The notes under the pieces are model-generated. The model was given only the letters and a program-made list of their open reading frames with translations, was not told where the DNA came from and searched no databases. Below are positions 1 through 9,314 of a stretch of DNA of 63,917 nucleotides, piece by piece; within the stretch, counting starts at the first letter, position 1, and each line of letters begins with the position of its first letter. The stretch is from Candidatus Dormiibacterota bacterium (lineage in GTDB: Bacteria; Chloroflexota; Dormibacteria; Aeolococcales; Aeolococcaceae): positions 1 through 63,917 of the forward strand of contig JBAPWO010000138.1 in the NCBI GenBank assembly GCA_049283735.1, written 5' to 3'. The translations under genes were made by a program, and so were the position numbers.

Positions 1-1
1 C

Positions 2-3000
2 GGCGAGCCGATCAAACATGACCGGACCGCGCTCAGCGAGGTGCTCGCGAATCTCGGTGCGGAGCACGAGCAGCGCTATCTCGACGCGCTTCGGGCACGG
101 GGCTTGACCGTCAAGGCGTTCGAGGACGACCGCGACCGCTACGCGAGTACCGCCGGCGAACTCCGCGCTCTCGAGGCCGAGACCGTCGAGGCGATGGCTC
201 AGGGTTTCGAGGTCATCTATCAGCCCACCTTCTTCGACGGGCGCTGGATGGGTCGCGCCGACTTCCTGCTTCGAGTCGAGACGCCGAGCGCCCGGTGGCC
301 GTGGGCGTACGAGGCGGCTGACGCGAAGCTCGCCCGCCGCGTGCGTTCTGAGGCGATCCTCCAGCTCTGTGAGTACTCGGCGCACCTGGAGCGGCTCCAG
401 GGGACGCCGCCCGCGCTGATGCAGGTGATTCTCGGTGACGGCGTCGAGCATGCATATCGGATCGATGAGTTCTCCGCGTACCACGCAGCCGTGAAGCGGG
501 ACTTCGAGGTGGCGATGCTCGCCGAGCTCGGCAGCACGTACCCCGACCCGGTCGAGCACTGCAACACGTGTGGATTCGCCGCGCGCTGTGCAGCTCAACG
601 AAAACAGGACGATCATCTTTCCCAGGTCGCGCGCATGCGGTCGGGTCAGGTGCTCGCGCTGAAATCCGTCGGCATCGCCACCATGACCGCCCTCGCCCAG
701 GTTTCCGCCGACGTCGAGCCTCCGGCACGTATGAGCCCGACCTCCTTCGGCGACCTGCGCGCCCAGGCGGCGTTGCAGCACACGGGCCCTCACGCTGACG
801 GGGCGCCGCGACACGAGTTGCTCGATGCACGGGAGGTCGGACATGGTCTGTGTGCGCTTCCGAGTCCGTCACCAGGCGATCTCTTCTTCGACATGGAGGG
901 CGACGGCCTCGCACGCGACGTGCCGCTGGAGTACCTCTTCGGTGCGGTCGACATGCACGGCGTGTATCGAGCGTGGTGGGGCCACGACGATGCCGGCGAG
1001 CGACGTGCGTTCGAGGGGTTCGTCGACCACGCGATCGCGCAACTCGAACGTTATCCGGACATGCACATCTACCACTACGCCGCGTACGAGAAGACCGCAC
1101 TCCGCCGGCTGATGAGCCGCCACGGCACCCGCGAGGAGGAGGTCGACCGCCTGCTCCGCAACGAGGTACTCGTCGACCTCTATCGCGTGGTGCGACAGGG
1201 AGTGCGGCTGTCCACCGACTCGTACTCGCTGAAGAAGGTCGAGCGGCTCTACATGCCGGCACGCGAGGAGTCGATCGCGGACGCAGCGGGAAGCATGGTG
1301 ATGTACGAGCGCTGGCTGAACAGCCGCCGCGATGGCGGCGATGGGGACACCGCGCTCCTCGACGAGATCGCGATCTACAACGAGCGCGACTGCATCTCGA
1401 CCGCGCAATTGCGCGACTGGCTCGAGGCGCGACGCATCGAGGAGGAGACGCTTCGTGGCGCTCCCATCGAGCGCCCGGCGGTCGTCGAGCGCGACGTTGG
1501 TGAAGCGCTCCGCGCAAAGATCGTCGCGACCCAGGAGGTCGCGGCCGCGCTGGCCGATCATGTCCCACCGGACCCGGAGCTGCAGACCGACGCCGAACGA
1601 GCCAGATGGTTGCTGGCGCCGCTCCTGTCCTATCACCGGCGCGAGAACAAGGTCAATTGGTGGCGTCACTACGATCAGCTGGCGATGAGCCCGGAGGAGC
1701 TCGAGCGCGACACGTACGCGCTCGGTCCGCTCGAGATGATCGGCGCGCACGAGGAGGGCCGTCGGATCATCGAGCGGTACCGGTTCGAACCCCAGGAACA
1801 CCGCGTCGGCCTCGGCGACACTCCGCTCGATCCCGAAACCGACGCTCGCTGGGCACCCGTCGCCGGGGAGGTGACCGAGCTCGACTCCGCACGAGGCGCG
1901 ATCACACTGTCGCGCACTCCCGGCCAGGCCGAGCGAGGAGCGGTGCGCTTTCTGATCCCGACGACACCGTTCGCGACCGATGCGCAGGAGGCGGCGCTCC
2001 TCGACCTCGGCCGCTGGGTCGCCGCCAACGGCCCGGACGCCGGCGGACCCAATCGCGCCGGACGCGACCTGCTGCTCCGGCTGCCACCGCGCCTGGGTGA
2101 CGGCACCGATTGCGCGCTCCGGAGCGCAGGGGAGACGGCATCCGAGGCTGCGATACGACTCGTCCTCGGCCTGCAGGGTGGATGCCTCCCGGTCCAGGGT
2201 CCGCCCGGAGCCGGGAAGACGCACACGGCCGCGCTGGCGGCACTCCGGCTCATTGCGACGGGGCGCACACCGGTTGGCGTCACCGCCGTCACCCACAACG
2301 CGATCCGCACCCTGCTGGCGAAGATCGAGGAGCTGGCCCCTTCGCTTGGCATGACCGTGCGCATGCAGCACCGTAAAGGGGACGGAACCGGCACCGCCGC
2401 GATCCAGGTTGTCCGCAGCAACGAGATGGTCGAGGGCGCGGTCGTGGACGGCACCGTCGACGTCGTCGGCGGAACGTCGTGGCTCTTCTCTCGCCCGGAG
2501 TTCGAGGCGGGGTTCGACACGCTCATCGTCGACGAGGCCGGCCAGATGTCACTTGCGGACACGCTCGCGGTTTCGCGCGCCGCCCGCAATCTCGTCCTCG
2601 TGGGCGATCCGCGACAGCTCGCCCAACCGCTCCAGGGGAGCCATCCGCCGGGGGTCGGGGTTTCCGCGCTCGACCATCTGCTCGGCGACGACGTGACCAT
2701 CGCTCCCGACCGCGGCGTGCTGCTCGACCTCACCTGGCGAATGCATCCCGACGTGAGCGCTTTCGTATCGCGTTCCTTCTATGAGGGACGGCTGGGCTCG
2801 GAACCGCGATGCGCGAGGCAGGCGGTCCTCATCGACGGCGCCGTGGTCACCGGCCTGCGGACATCGCTCGTAGAGCACGAAGGCGACCGGGTTCGCTCCG
2901 ATGCGGAGGCGCGGCGTGTCGGCGACGTCATCGACCGGCTCATCCGATCCACGTGGCGGGACGACAGAGGATCCGAGCGTGCACTGTCGCTCGACGACAT

Positions 3001-3364
3001 CGTTGTCGTCGCACCGTACAACGCCCAGGTCGCGTGCCTCGTCGAGTCGCTACCGCCGGGTGCGAGAGTGGGCACCGTCGATCGTTTCCAGGGACAGGAA
3101 GCCGCGGTCAGCATCTTCTCGATGGCGACGTCGAGCGTCGAAGACCTGCCGCGCAATCTCGAATTCCTGTTCAGCCTCAACCGCCTCAACGTGGCAGTGT
3201 CGCGAGCGCGCGGGCTCTCGATCCTGGTCTGCTCGCCCGAACTGCTTCGTGCTCGCTGCCGTACGCCGGAGCAGATGCGACTCGTCAACGCGCTGTGCCG
3301 CTTCGTGGAGATGGCAGAGCCGTGGATCACCGCGCCGGTGGGCGCGATCATGCTGCCGGTATGA
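2..3364 (+). CDS. Nuclease-helicase fusion: RecB/Cas4-like PD-(D/E)XK nuclease, RNase H-fold exonuclease-like domain and C-terminal SF1 (Upf1/DNA2-like) helicase. The 5' end is cut by the window edge.
   Basis: Track ORF 41..3364 stays open in frame back to nt 2, so the true start is upstream. Cys cluster HCNTCGFAARC resembles Cas4/AddB-type Fe-S nucleases. DLFFDMEGD...IYHYAAYEKTAL resembles the TM0106-type RecB-like nuclease family. Helicase motifs: GPPGAGKTHT, LIVDEAGQ, VGDPRQL, VAPYNAQV, VDRFQGQE, NVAVSRAR. Confidence 0.75.
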   Translation, partial: GEPIKHDRTALSEVLANLGAEHEQRYLDALRARGLTVKAFEDDRDRYASTAGELRALEAETVEAMAQGFEVIYQPTFFDGRWMGRADFLLRVETPSARWPWAYEAADAKLARRVRSEAILQLCEYSAHLERLQGTPPALMQVILGDGVEHAYRIDEFSAYHAAVKRDFEVAMLAELGSTYPDPVEHCNTCGFAARCAAQRKQDDHLSQVARMRSGQVLALKSVGIATMTALAQVSADVEPPARMSPTSFGDLRAQAALQHTGPHADGAPRHELLDAREVGHGLCALPSPSPGDLFFDMEGDGLARDVPLEYLFGAVDMHGVYRAWWGHDDAGERRAFEGFVDHAIAQLERYPDMHIYHYAAYEKTALRRLMSRHGTREEEVDRLLRNEVLVDLYRVVRQGVRLSTDSYSLKKVERLYMPAREESIADAAGSMVMYERWLNSRRDGGDGDTALLDEIAIYNERDCISTAQLRDWLEARRIEEETLRGAPIERPAVVERDVGEALRAKIVATQEVAAALADHVPPDPELQTDAERARWLLAPLLSYHRRENKVNWWRHYDQLAMSPEELERDTYALGPLEMIGAHEEGRRIIERYRFEPQEHRVGLGDTPLDPETDARWAPVAGEVTELDSARGAITLSRTPGQAERGAVRFLIPTTPFATDAQEAALLDLGRWVAANGPDAGGPNRAGRDLLLRLPPRLGDGTDCALRSAGETASEAAIRLVLGLQGGCLPVQGPPGAGKTHTAALAALRLIATGRTPVGVTAVTHNAIRTLLAKIEELAPSLGMTVRMQHRKGDGTGTAAIQVVRSNEMVEGAVVDGTVDVVGGTSWLFSRPEFEAGFDTLIVDEAGQMSLADTLAVSRAARNLVLVGDPRQLAQPLQGSHPPGVGVSALDHLLGDDVTIAPDRGVLLDLTWRMHPDVSAFVSRSFYEGRLGSEPRCARQAVLIDGAVVTGLRTSLVEHEGDRVRSDAEARRVGDVIDRLIRSTWRDDRGSERALSLDDIVVVAPYNAQVACLVESLPPGARVGTVDRFQGQEAAVSIFSMATSSVEDLPRNLEFLFSLNRLNVAVSRARGLSILVCSPELLRARCRTPEQMRLVNALCRFVEMAEPWITAPVGAIMLPV

Positions 3365-4074
3365 CCGCCGATTCGCTCAAAACCCGGCTGCTGCAAACGC
3401 TCGATGCGGCCTCCACTCGAGAGGCCGCGCTGCTTGCGCTGTGTGACGATTACCCGCCGTCCGGGGCCGGTCGCTGGACCGCGAAGGACAACGTCGCGCA
3501 CCTCAGTACCTGGCGTGAGCATGCGACCCGTACCCTCGATGCGGTGCGCCTCGGGAAACCGGTCGACGGACCAGCCAATGAGAGCGACCTTGACAGGCGC
3601 AACGCGGAGATCTACGAGGCTCATCGCGATGACTCGGCGGCCACGGTCCGTGCTGCCGCAAGCGACAGTTACGCGGCGCTGATCGAGGCGGTGAATGCGT
3701 GCACCGACGAGGATCTGATTCGTGACCGCCCCGGTGACGCTGGCCCGGTGTGGCGTGTCATCCCCGGCAACGGTCATGGTCACGTGGCCCAGCACCTCTC
3801 GTACTGGGCTGGCGAGCACGACGATCAAGCAGGCGCGGAGGACGCCGCGAGATGGGCATATTCGCTTGACACCGAACTCTTCCCCGACAACCAGGCAATC
3901 GCCGACTACAACTACGGCTGTTTCTACGCGCGGAACGGACGTGCTGACGAGGCGCTGCCGCTGCTGGGAGCCGCCCTCCGGTCGCGTCCTGAACTGCGCA
4001 CGTTTTCGCTCGAGGATGCGGACATCGAGCCCATCCGCGACGACCCCCGCGTGCAGAGTCTGCTCGGCCCCTGA
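3361..4074 (+). CDS. DinB/ClbS-like helical-bundle protein with a TPR-like C-terminal tail
   Basis: ATG 3361 overlaps the upstream stop (ATGA 3361-3364) inside track ORF 2809..4074. N-terminal pattern: WTAKDNVAHLSTW ... GHGHVAQHLSYW. C-terminal YNYGCFYARNGRADEALPLLGAAL looks TPR-like. Family assigned by eye only. Confidence 0.5.
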   Translation: MTADSLKTRLLQTLDAASTREAALLALCDDYPPSGAGRWTAKDNVAHLSTWREHATRTLDAVRLGKPVDGPANESDLDRRNAEIYEAHRDDSAATVRAAASDSYAALIEAVNACTDEDLIRDRPGDAGPVWRVIPGNGHGHVAQHLSYWAGEHDDQAGAEDAARWAYSLDTELFPDNQAIADYNYGCFYARNGRADEALPLLGAALRSRPELRTFSLEDADIEPIRDDPRVQSLLGP

Positions 4075-4174
4075 GCGCCCTTCCTGGATCGCAGCCTCTG
4101 GACCCGTGTGGCTGACCAGATAGGTTCCGATTCAAACTTTTAGCCCACTCTTCAAGCCTGATTCTTTCTGCTAA

Positions 4175-4192
4175 TATCTATTCAAGTAGATA
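4175..4192. promoter_or_regulatory. Perfect inverted repeat TATCTA-N6-TAGATA in an AT-rich leader; candidate operator of the downstream YtrA/GntR regulator
   Basis: Read directly: TATCTA (4175-4180), ttcaag, TAGATA (4187-4192), 27 nt upstream of ATG 4219. The line 4141-4200 has 22/60 G+C by my count, against about 77% in a neighbouring gene line. Confidence 0.4.
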
Positions 4193-4218
4193 AATACCCT
4201 TAGCGGAACCACCGGCCC

Positions 4219-4611
4219 ATGATCCACTTCCGTCTCAACGCCCAATCGGGCGTGGCCACCTATGTGCAGCTGGTTCATCAGGTACGCCACGCCCTGCGGT
4301 CTGGACTGCTCGAGCCCGGGGATCAACTCCCCACAGTGAAAGAGGTCGTTGGATCGCTCGCCATCAACCCCAACACCGTGTTGAAGGCATACCGCGAGCT
4401 GGAGCACGCCGGCCTGGTTGAAGGGCGCCCAGGAATGGGGACCTTCGTCCTGCGCTCGTTGGAGGGTCCGCCTCCCGACAAGCAGGCTGCGCTTCGAAAA
4501 TCATTGCAGCGGTGGCTGCAATCGGCATTCGAAGCGGGCCTGAGTCCCGATGCCGTCCTTGCCTTTGTCGATGCAGCCATACGCGATGTCACAGAGGACA
4601 GCGTGGCATGA
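4219..4611 (+). CDS. GntR-family transcriptional regulator, short YtrA-like subfamily
   Basis: 130 aa. wHTH: YVQLVHQVRHALRSGLLEPGDQLPTVKEVVGSLAINPNTVLKAYRELEHAGLVEGRPGMGTFV. Stop overlaps the next ATG (ATGA 4608-4611). Confidence 0.85.
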   Translation: MIHFRLNAQSGVATYVQLVHQVRHALRSGLLEPGDQLPTVKEVVGSLAINPNTVLKAYRELEHAGLVEGRPGMGTFVLRSLEGPPPDKQAALRKSLQRWLQSAFEAGLSPDAVLAFVDAAIRDVTEDSVA

Positions 4612-5513
4612 CCGCCATCGTCGCGACCGGGCTCGGAATGCGGTACGGCAAACGTGTGGCGCTCCGCGACTGTTCGATGGAGATTCCTTCGGGAAGTGTC
4701 ACTGCACTTGTCGGCCCCAATGGGGCGGGAAAGACCACGTTGCTCCTACTCGCTGCCGGATTGCTCGCTCCGACCGCTGGAACGATCACTGTTCTTGACC
4801 GGATTCCCGATCGGGACGTGGAGCTGATCTCACGAATTGGCTTCGTCGCGCAGGACGTTCCACTCTACGGGTCCTTCACCGTCGCCGAAATGCTTCGCTT
4901 CGGTCAAAAGATGAACCACCACTGGGACCAGCAACTGGCCCAGCAGCGGATGGAGAAGCTGCAAATCCCCTTGAATCAGCAGGTCCATGAACTGTCTGGC
5001 GGGCAGCGAGCGCAGGTATCGCTGGCTCTCGCCTTGGGGAAGAAGCCCGACATCCTGCTGCTTGATGAGCCCCTCGCCAGTCTTGACCCGCTGGCCCGGC
5101 GGGAGTTCATGCGCGTGGTGATGGAGACCGCCGCCGACTCGAAGATCACGATCGTCCTGTCATCCCACCTGGTCGCCGACCTCGAGCGTGTCTGCGACCA
5201 CCTTGTGGTGCTGTCCTCGTCGCGCACTCAGGTCGTGGGAGAGATCGGTACCCTGTTGGACGGTCACCGCGTTCTTGTGGGCCCCCATTGCGACTCCCGC
5301 GAGCCCGACATTGCGGGTGTCGCGTCCATTGTTGAGAGGACGGACTCAGAGCGCCAGACCAGCCTCCTGGTCCGCACCAATGGACCGATTCTTGATCCAA
5401 AGTGGACATCCGAACCAGTCACGTTGGAAGATCTCGTGCTTGCCTACTTGGCACGTCCGGGTGCGACCGCGCTTCCGGCCCCGCGAGCCATGACACAGGC
5501 GCATGCGTCGTGA
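4608..5513 (+). CDS. ABC transporter ATP-binding protein
   Basis: Internal ATG of track ORF 4512..5513. Walker A GPNGAGKTT, signature LSGGQRA, Walker B ILLLDEP. Confidence 0.9.
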   Translation: MTAIVATGLGMRYGKRVALRDCSMEIPSGSVTALVGPNGAGKTTLLLLAAGLLAPTAGTITVLDRIPDRDVELISRIGFVAQDVPLYGSFTVAEMLRFGQKMNHHWDQQLAQQRMEKLQIPLNQQVHELSGGQRAQVSLALALGKKPDILLLDEPLASLDPLARREFMRVVMETAADSKITIVLSSHLVADLERVCDHLVVLSSSRTQVVGEIGTLLDGHRVLVGPHCDSREPDIAGVASIVERTDSERQTSLLVRTNGPILDPKWTSEPVTLEDLVLAYLARPGATALPAPRAMTQAHAS

Positions 5514-6511
5514 TGTGGTTGACGTGGCGCCAACATCGCGCACAGTTCATCGCGGGTGTGGTTCTCTGCGGTGTGCTGGTTGCCTTCCTGGTGGTCACCG
5601 GCTTGGGAATGCGCTCCACCTATGACTCCCTCGGTGTTGCCACGTGCCTGGCCGCTACGCCGGCGCGAGACTGCACCATGCTGTTCAGTCAATTCCAAAA
5701 CCAATACTCGTCGTTGCAGTTCCTCATCCCGCTCTTCCTCCTGCTGCCCGTACTGCTCGGAATCTTCTGGGGCGCGCCGTTGATTGCGCGCGAAGTCGAG
5801 CAGGGGACCTACCGGCTGGCCTGGACACAGTCGGTAACCCGCCGCCGCTGGACCGTCACCAAGCTCTTCATTGTCGGTTCAGTCGCTGTGATTCTTTCGG
5901 CCGTATTCTCGGCGGTATTGTGGTGGTGGGCAGACCCGCTGGTGGGGGACCCATCCGTCCAGCGCTTCAAATACGGCATCTTTGACTTACTCGGGGTTGT
6001 ACCGGTTGCCTACACACTGTTCGCGGTTGCACTTGGTGTGGCTGCTGGAGTGGTGCTGCGGCGTACGACCGTCGCCATGGTGGCAACGCTCTGCGGGTTT
6101 GCCGTTGCGCGGCTGGCAGTGGAATTGGTGCTGCGCCCAAATTACCAACGCGCGGTCACGGCCGCTTACCCTCTCAGCTTCAGCTCCAAGACCGGTCCAC
6201 CCGATGGCGCGTGGGTTCTCGCCGAGAACACCGTTACGGCGTCAGGGTTCGCCGTGGGTGGTGACTCCAGCGGAATCAGCCTCAGCTATGTCCCGATGCA
6301 GCACCTCTGTCCCTATCTCACTCCTGATTCGGCACCTGGGTCCGCTGCGATGCAGCAATGCCTCACCCAGAACGGAATTCACGTCGTCGCCACGTTTCAG
6401 CCGTACGACCGCTACTGGTTGTTCCAGGGGATCGAGTCCGCGCTTTTCATCGTCCTCGCGATCGCGCTGGCCCTGTTCTCCGTTTGGTGGGTCCGCAGAC
6501 GGGTCCGATAG
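5513..6511 (+). CDS. ABC-2-type transporter permease
   Basis: ATG 5513 (or GTG 5510) overlaps the ATPase stop TGA 5511-5513. About 332 aa with multiple long hydrophobic segments. Operon position is typical of YtrA-type ABC exporters. Confidence 0.7.
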   Translation: MWLTWRQHRAQFIAGVVLCGVLVAFLVVTGLGMRSTYDSLGVATCLAATPARDCTMLFSQFQNQYSSLQFLIPLFLLLPVLLGIFWGAPLIAREVEQGTYRLAWTQSVTRRRWTVTKLFIVGSVAVILSAVFSAVLWWWADPLVGDPSVQRFKYGIFDLLGVVPVAYTLFAVALGVAAGVVLRRTTVAMVATLCGFAVARLAVELVLRPNYQRAVTAAYPLSFSSKTGPPDGAWVLAENTVTASGFAVGGDSSGISLSYVPMQHLCPYLTPDSAPGSAAMQQCLTQNGIHVVATFQPYDRYWLFQGIESALFIVLAIALALFSVWWVRRRVR

Positions 6512-6518
6512 CCCGTCT

Positions 6519-7316
6519 TCACGCCTGCGGCGGTGTGACCCGGAGGCGGTCGATGAACAAGCCCTGCAGCGAACGACCGATCGGCCCCCGCTCATCGTAG
6601 AGCCTGCTGTGCGCGACGCCGACACCGTGGCGGTCGACATCGGTGCTCGCGTCAAGGCAGATCCATTCGCCCTCGGGCTGACGGTGCAGATACACGGTCA
6701 GATCGGTGTTGATGAACATGAACTGTTGCCACGACAGCGCCGACGAGACGCCGTTGCCGAAATCGGCCGCGGCAAGCGTGCGCTGCAGCGGCGTCGGTGT
6801 CTGACCCGCGATCAGCGGGATTGCGAGCCGCATCCACACGGTCGCGGGCCCCGGCTCCATGAACGACCCACGCGCGTAGCGCATCTCGACGCCGGTTCGG
6901 TGAAACGCGGGGTCGTCACTCTCGGGGGCGTGTGCGGTCGACTCGGCCGGGCCCGCGAATGGCACCTCAGGCGGCGGCTGCTCGCCGAGGTCGAGGTCCG
7001 CGATGCGCATGCGCCACGCCGTCGCTCGGCAGAGTTCGGTATTGCCGTCGGTGAGTGTTGCGGTCACCAACTGGACGCGGCGGCCCTCGCGCTCCACGCG
7101 GGCGGAGACCTCGACGGGTCGGAGCGGCACCGGCCGGAAGATCTCAACGGTGATCCGGACGAACGCCATGGGCGCCTCGGTCCGAAGCGCCTCCATGGCT
7201 GCGGCCATGAGCGCTGCCGGCGGGCCGCCGTGCATGGCGCCGCGATCCCACGGCCCGCGTGCATGCTCGCTGGGCACGTAGCCGCGCTTGTTGGGAGTGA
7301 ACAGCGCGTCGGGCAT
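6519..7316 (-). CDS. Thioesterase-like (hotdog fold, acyl-CoA thioesterase II-like) protein
   Basis: Track ORF 6519..7358. ATG at 7316 (MPDALF...) is preferred over GTG 7358. The RGPWDRGAMHGGPPAALMAAAME pattern and double-hotdog length are typical of the thioesterase-like superfamily in GC-rich Gram-positives. Confidence 0.6.
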   Translation of the reverse strand: MPDALFTPNKRGYVPSEHARGPWDRGAMHGGPPAALMAAAMEALRTEAPMAFVRITVEIFRPVPLRPVEVSARVEREGRRVQLVTATLTDGNTELCRATAWRMRIADLDLGEQPPPEVPFAGPAESTAHAPESDDPAFHRTGVEMRYARGSFMEPGPATVWMRLAIPLIAGQTPTPLQRTLAAADFGNGVSSALSWQQFMFINTDLTVYLHRQPEGEWICLDASTDVDRHGVGVAHSRLYDERGPIGRSLQGLFIDRLRVTPPQA

Positions 7317-7420
7317 CGCCGCATGGTGCACCAAGAAAGGTCGTGAGCGGAACGTCACTCGGGCCGCCTGCTACGCTCGTCCTCGTGGCGGCGAGGCGCA
7401 GGACGATAGCGGCGCGGGGC

Positions 7421-8236
7421 ATGCGCTTCGACGCGCTCGCGGCAGGTCCCGCCGATGGTGCGCTCGTCCTCCTGCTCCACGGCTTTCCGCAGACCGGTAC
7501 GTGCTGGCTCGACGCGCTGAACACTCTGGCCGATGCCGGATATCGAGCGGTCGCCCCGAGCCAGCGCGGCTACTCGCGCGGCGCTCGTCCCGAGGGTGTC
7601 GAGGCGTACACGGTCACGGAGCTCTGCGCGGACGTGCTTGCCATGGCGGACGCCTTCGGGAGGGAACGCTTCCACCTCGTCGGGCACGACTGGGGCGGGT
7701 CGGTCGCCTGGGCACTGGCCGGTGACCATCCCGCGGCGGTGGCGTCGCTGACCGCGGTTTCGACGCCGCATAGCGGTGCGCTTCGAAAGGCGCTCCGGCG
7801 ACCGCAGCAGCGAATTCGGATGGCATACATCCCCGTCCTCCGCCTTCCACTGATCCCTGAATCGCTGATCGAGGCTGGGGGCGGCATCGCCGCCGAGTCA
7901 CTGCTCACCGCGACCGGTCTCAGCCCGGCGCATGCGCACCGCGATGTCGCGGCACTCCGCGAGGTCGGTGCGACCGGCGCCCTCAACTGGTACCGGGCGC
8001 TCGGCACCGAGCGGCCCCACGCCGCCCGGGTCGCGGTCCCCGTGCTCCACGTCTGGGGCGATCACGACCCTGTCTTCACGCGCGAGGCGACCGAGCTGAC
8101 CGCCGAGCAGTGCACCGGCGACTATCACCTGCTCGAGCTCGAGGGTGGATCACACTGGATCCCCGACGAACACTGGGGTGACGTCGCCGACCTCTTCCTC
8201 GAACATCTCGCCGCCAACCCGCTCGCCGGCCGCTGA
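7421..8236 (+). CDS. Alpha/beta hydrolase, epoxide hydrolase/haloalkane dehalogenase-like
   Basis: ATG 7421 within track ORF 7343..8236. HGFPQTGTCW and the GHDWGG nucleophile elbow (Asp nucleophile type). Confidence 0.8.
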   Translation: MRFDALAAGPADGALVLLLHGFPQTGTCWLDALNTLADAGYRAVAPSQRGYSRGARPEGVEAYTVTELCADVLAMADAFGRERFHLVGHDWGGSVAWALAGDHPAAVASLTAVSTPHSGALRKALRRPQQRIRMAYIPVLRLPLIPESLIEAGGGIAAESLLTATGLSPAHAHRDVAALREVGATGALNWYRALGTERPHAARVAVPVLHVWGDHDPVFTREATELTAEQCTGDYHLLELEGGSHWIPDEHWGDVADLFLEHLAANPLAGR

Positions 8237-8246
8237 GCCGGCGTCG

Positions 8247-9314
8247 ATGGCCGGGATCGAGGTCACGGGGACCGCTCAACGGCGTTCCTGGGAGTCGGTG
8301 GGGCTCCCCGAGGTCGAACGTGTCCGCCCCGGGCTCTGGTCGGTTCCCGTCCCGCTGCCGAACAACCCGCTGCGTTACGTCCTCGTCTATCTGCTCGAGC
8401 TGGACGCGGGCGTCGCGGTCATCGACACCGGCTGGAGCACCGATGAGGCCTGGAATACGCTCGTGGCCGGGATGGCGGTGGCCGGGTACGCCCCCGCTGA
8501 CGTCCAGGCGATCCTGATCACGCACATCCATCCCGACCACTACGGGCTTGCCGGCCGGCTGCGCGAGGCCTCGGGAGCGTGGGTCGGGCTGCATCCGGCG
8601 GACGCCGCGCTCATCCCGGCTCGCTACGGCCTCGGTATCGACGACCTGCTCGCGAACATGGATGCCCTGCTCATCGACGCCGGGGTTCCCGACGAGGTAC
8701 GGACGGAGCTGACCATCGCTTCGATGGGGATCCGCGAGCTCGTGGCCGCCACCGAACCGGACGTGCTCTTCGAGGACCGGGTGAGGGTGCCCCTGCCGGG
8801 ATGGGACCTCGTCACCCTGCACACGCCCGGCCATTCGCCCGGTCATGTCTGCTTCCACGATCGCCACGGCCGCCTGCTCTTCAGCGGTGACCACGTGCTC
8901 CCGAGGATCAGTCCGAGCGTGGCGCTGCACGTGCAGCAGCCGATCAATCCGCTCGCAGATTTTCTCGATGCGCTGCGCGGGGTGCGCGACCTGGACGTCG
9001 ACGAGGTGCTGCCGGCGCACGAATGGCGGTTCCGCGGCCTGGACGCGCGTGTCGACGAGCTGCTCGACCACCACCGCCGCCGGCTCGAGGAGACGCATCA
9101 AGCAATCAGTGAGACGCCGGGGCTCACCTGCTGGGAGACCACGCTCCGGATGCGCTGGTCCCGAGACTGGTCGCAGATCGTCGGCTACATGCGTCGCGCC
9201 GCGGTGGGCGAGACGCTCGCGCACCTGGTCCTCCTCGAAAGTTCGGGACGGGCGCGCCGAGACCAGGAGCGGCCCGTGCACTGGTACCCGGCGGGTGACT
9301 CTTCAGGCGGATGA
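8247..9314 (+). CDS. MBL-fold metallo-hydrolase with C-terminal winged-helix-like extension
   Basis: ATG 8247 within track ORF 8145..9314. HIHPDHYG (HxHxDH) metal motif, and TPGHSPGH further on. Confidence 0.8.
   Translation: MAGIEVTGTAQRRSWESVGLPEVERVRPGLWSVPVPLPNNPLRYVLVYLLELDAGVAVIDTGWSTDEAWNTLVAGMAVAGYAPADVQAILITHIHPDHYGLAGRLREASGAWVGLHPADAALIPARYGLGIDDLLANMDALLIDAGVPDEVRTELTIASMGIRELVAATEPDVLFEDRVRVPLPGWDLVTLHTPGHSPGHVCFHDRHGRLLFSGDHVLPRISPSVALHVQQPINPLADFLDALRGVRDLDVDEVLPAHEWRFRGLDARVDELLDHHRRRLEETHQAISETPGLTCWETTLRMRWSRDWSQIVGYMRRAAVGETLAHLVLLESSGRARRDQERPVHWYPAGDSSGG

Noticed and set aside
1770-1795. GGTTCGAACCCC, a tRNA T-arm-like string
   Set aside because: It lies in frame inside the nuclease-helicase CDS, with no flanking acceptor or anticodon stems. 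The intergenic gaps elsewhere are too short for tRNA genes.
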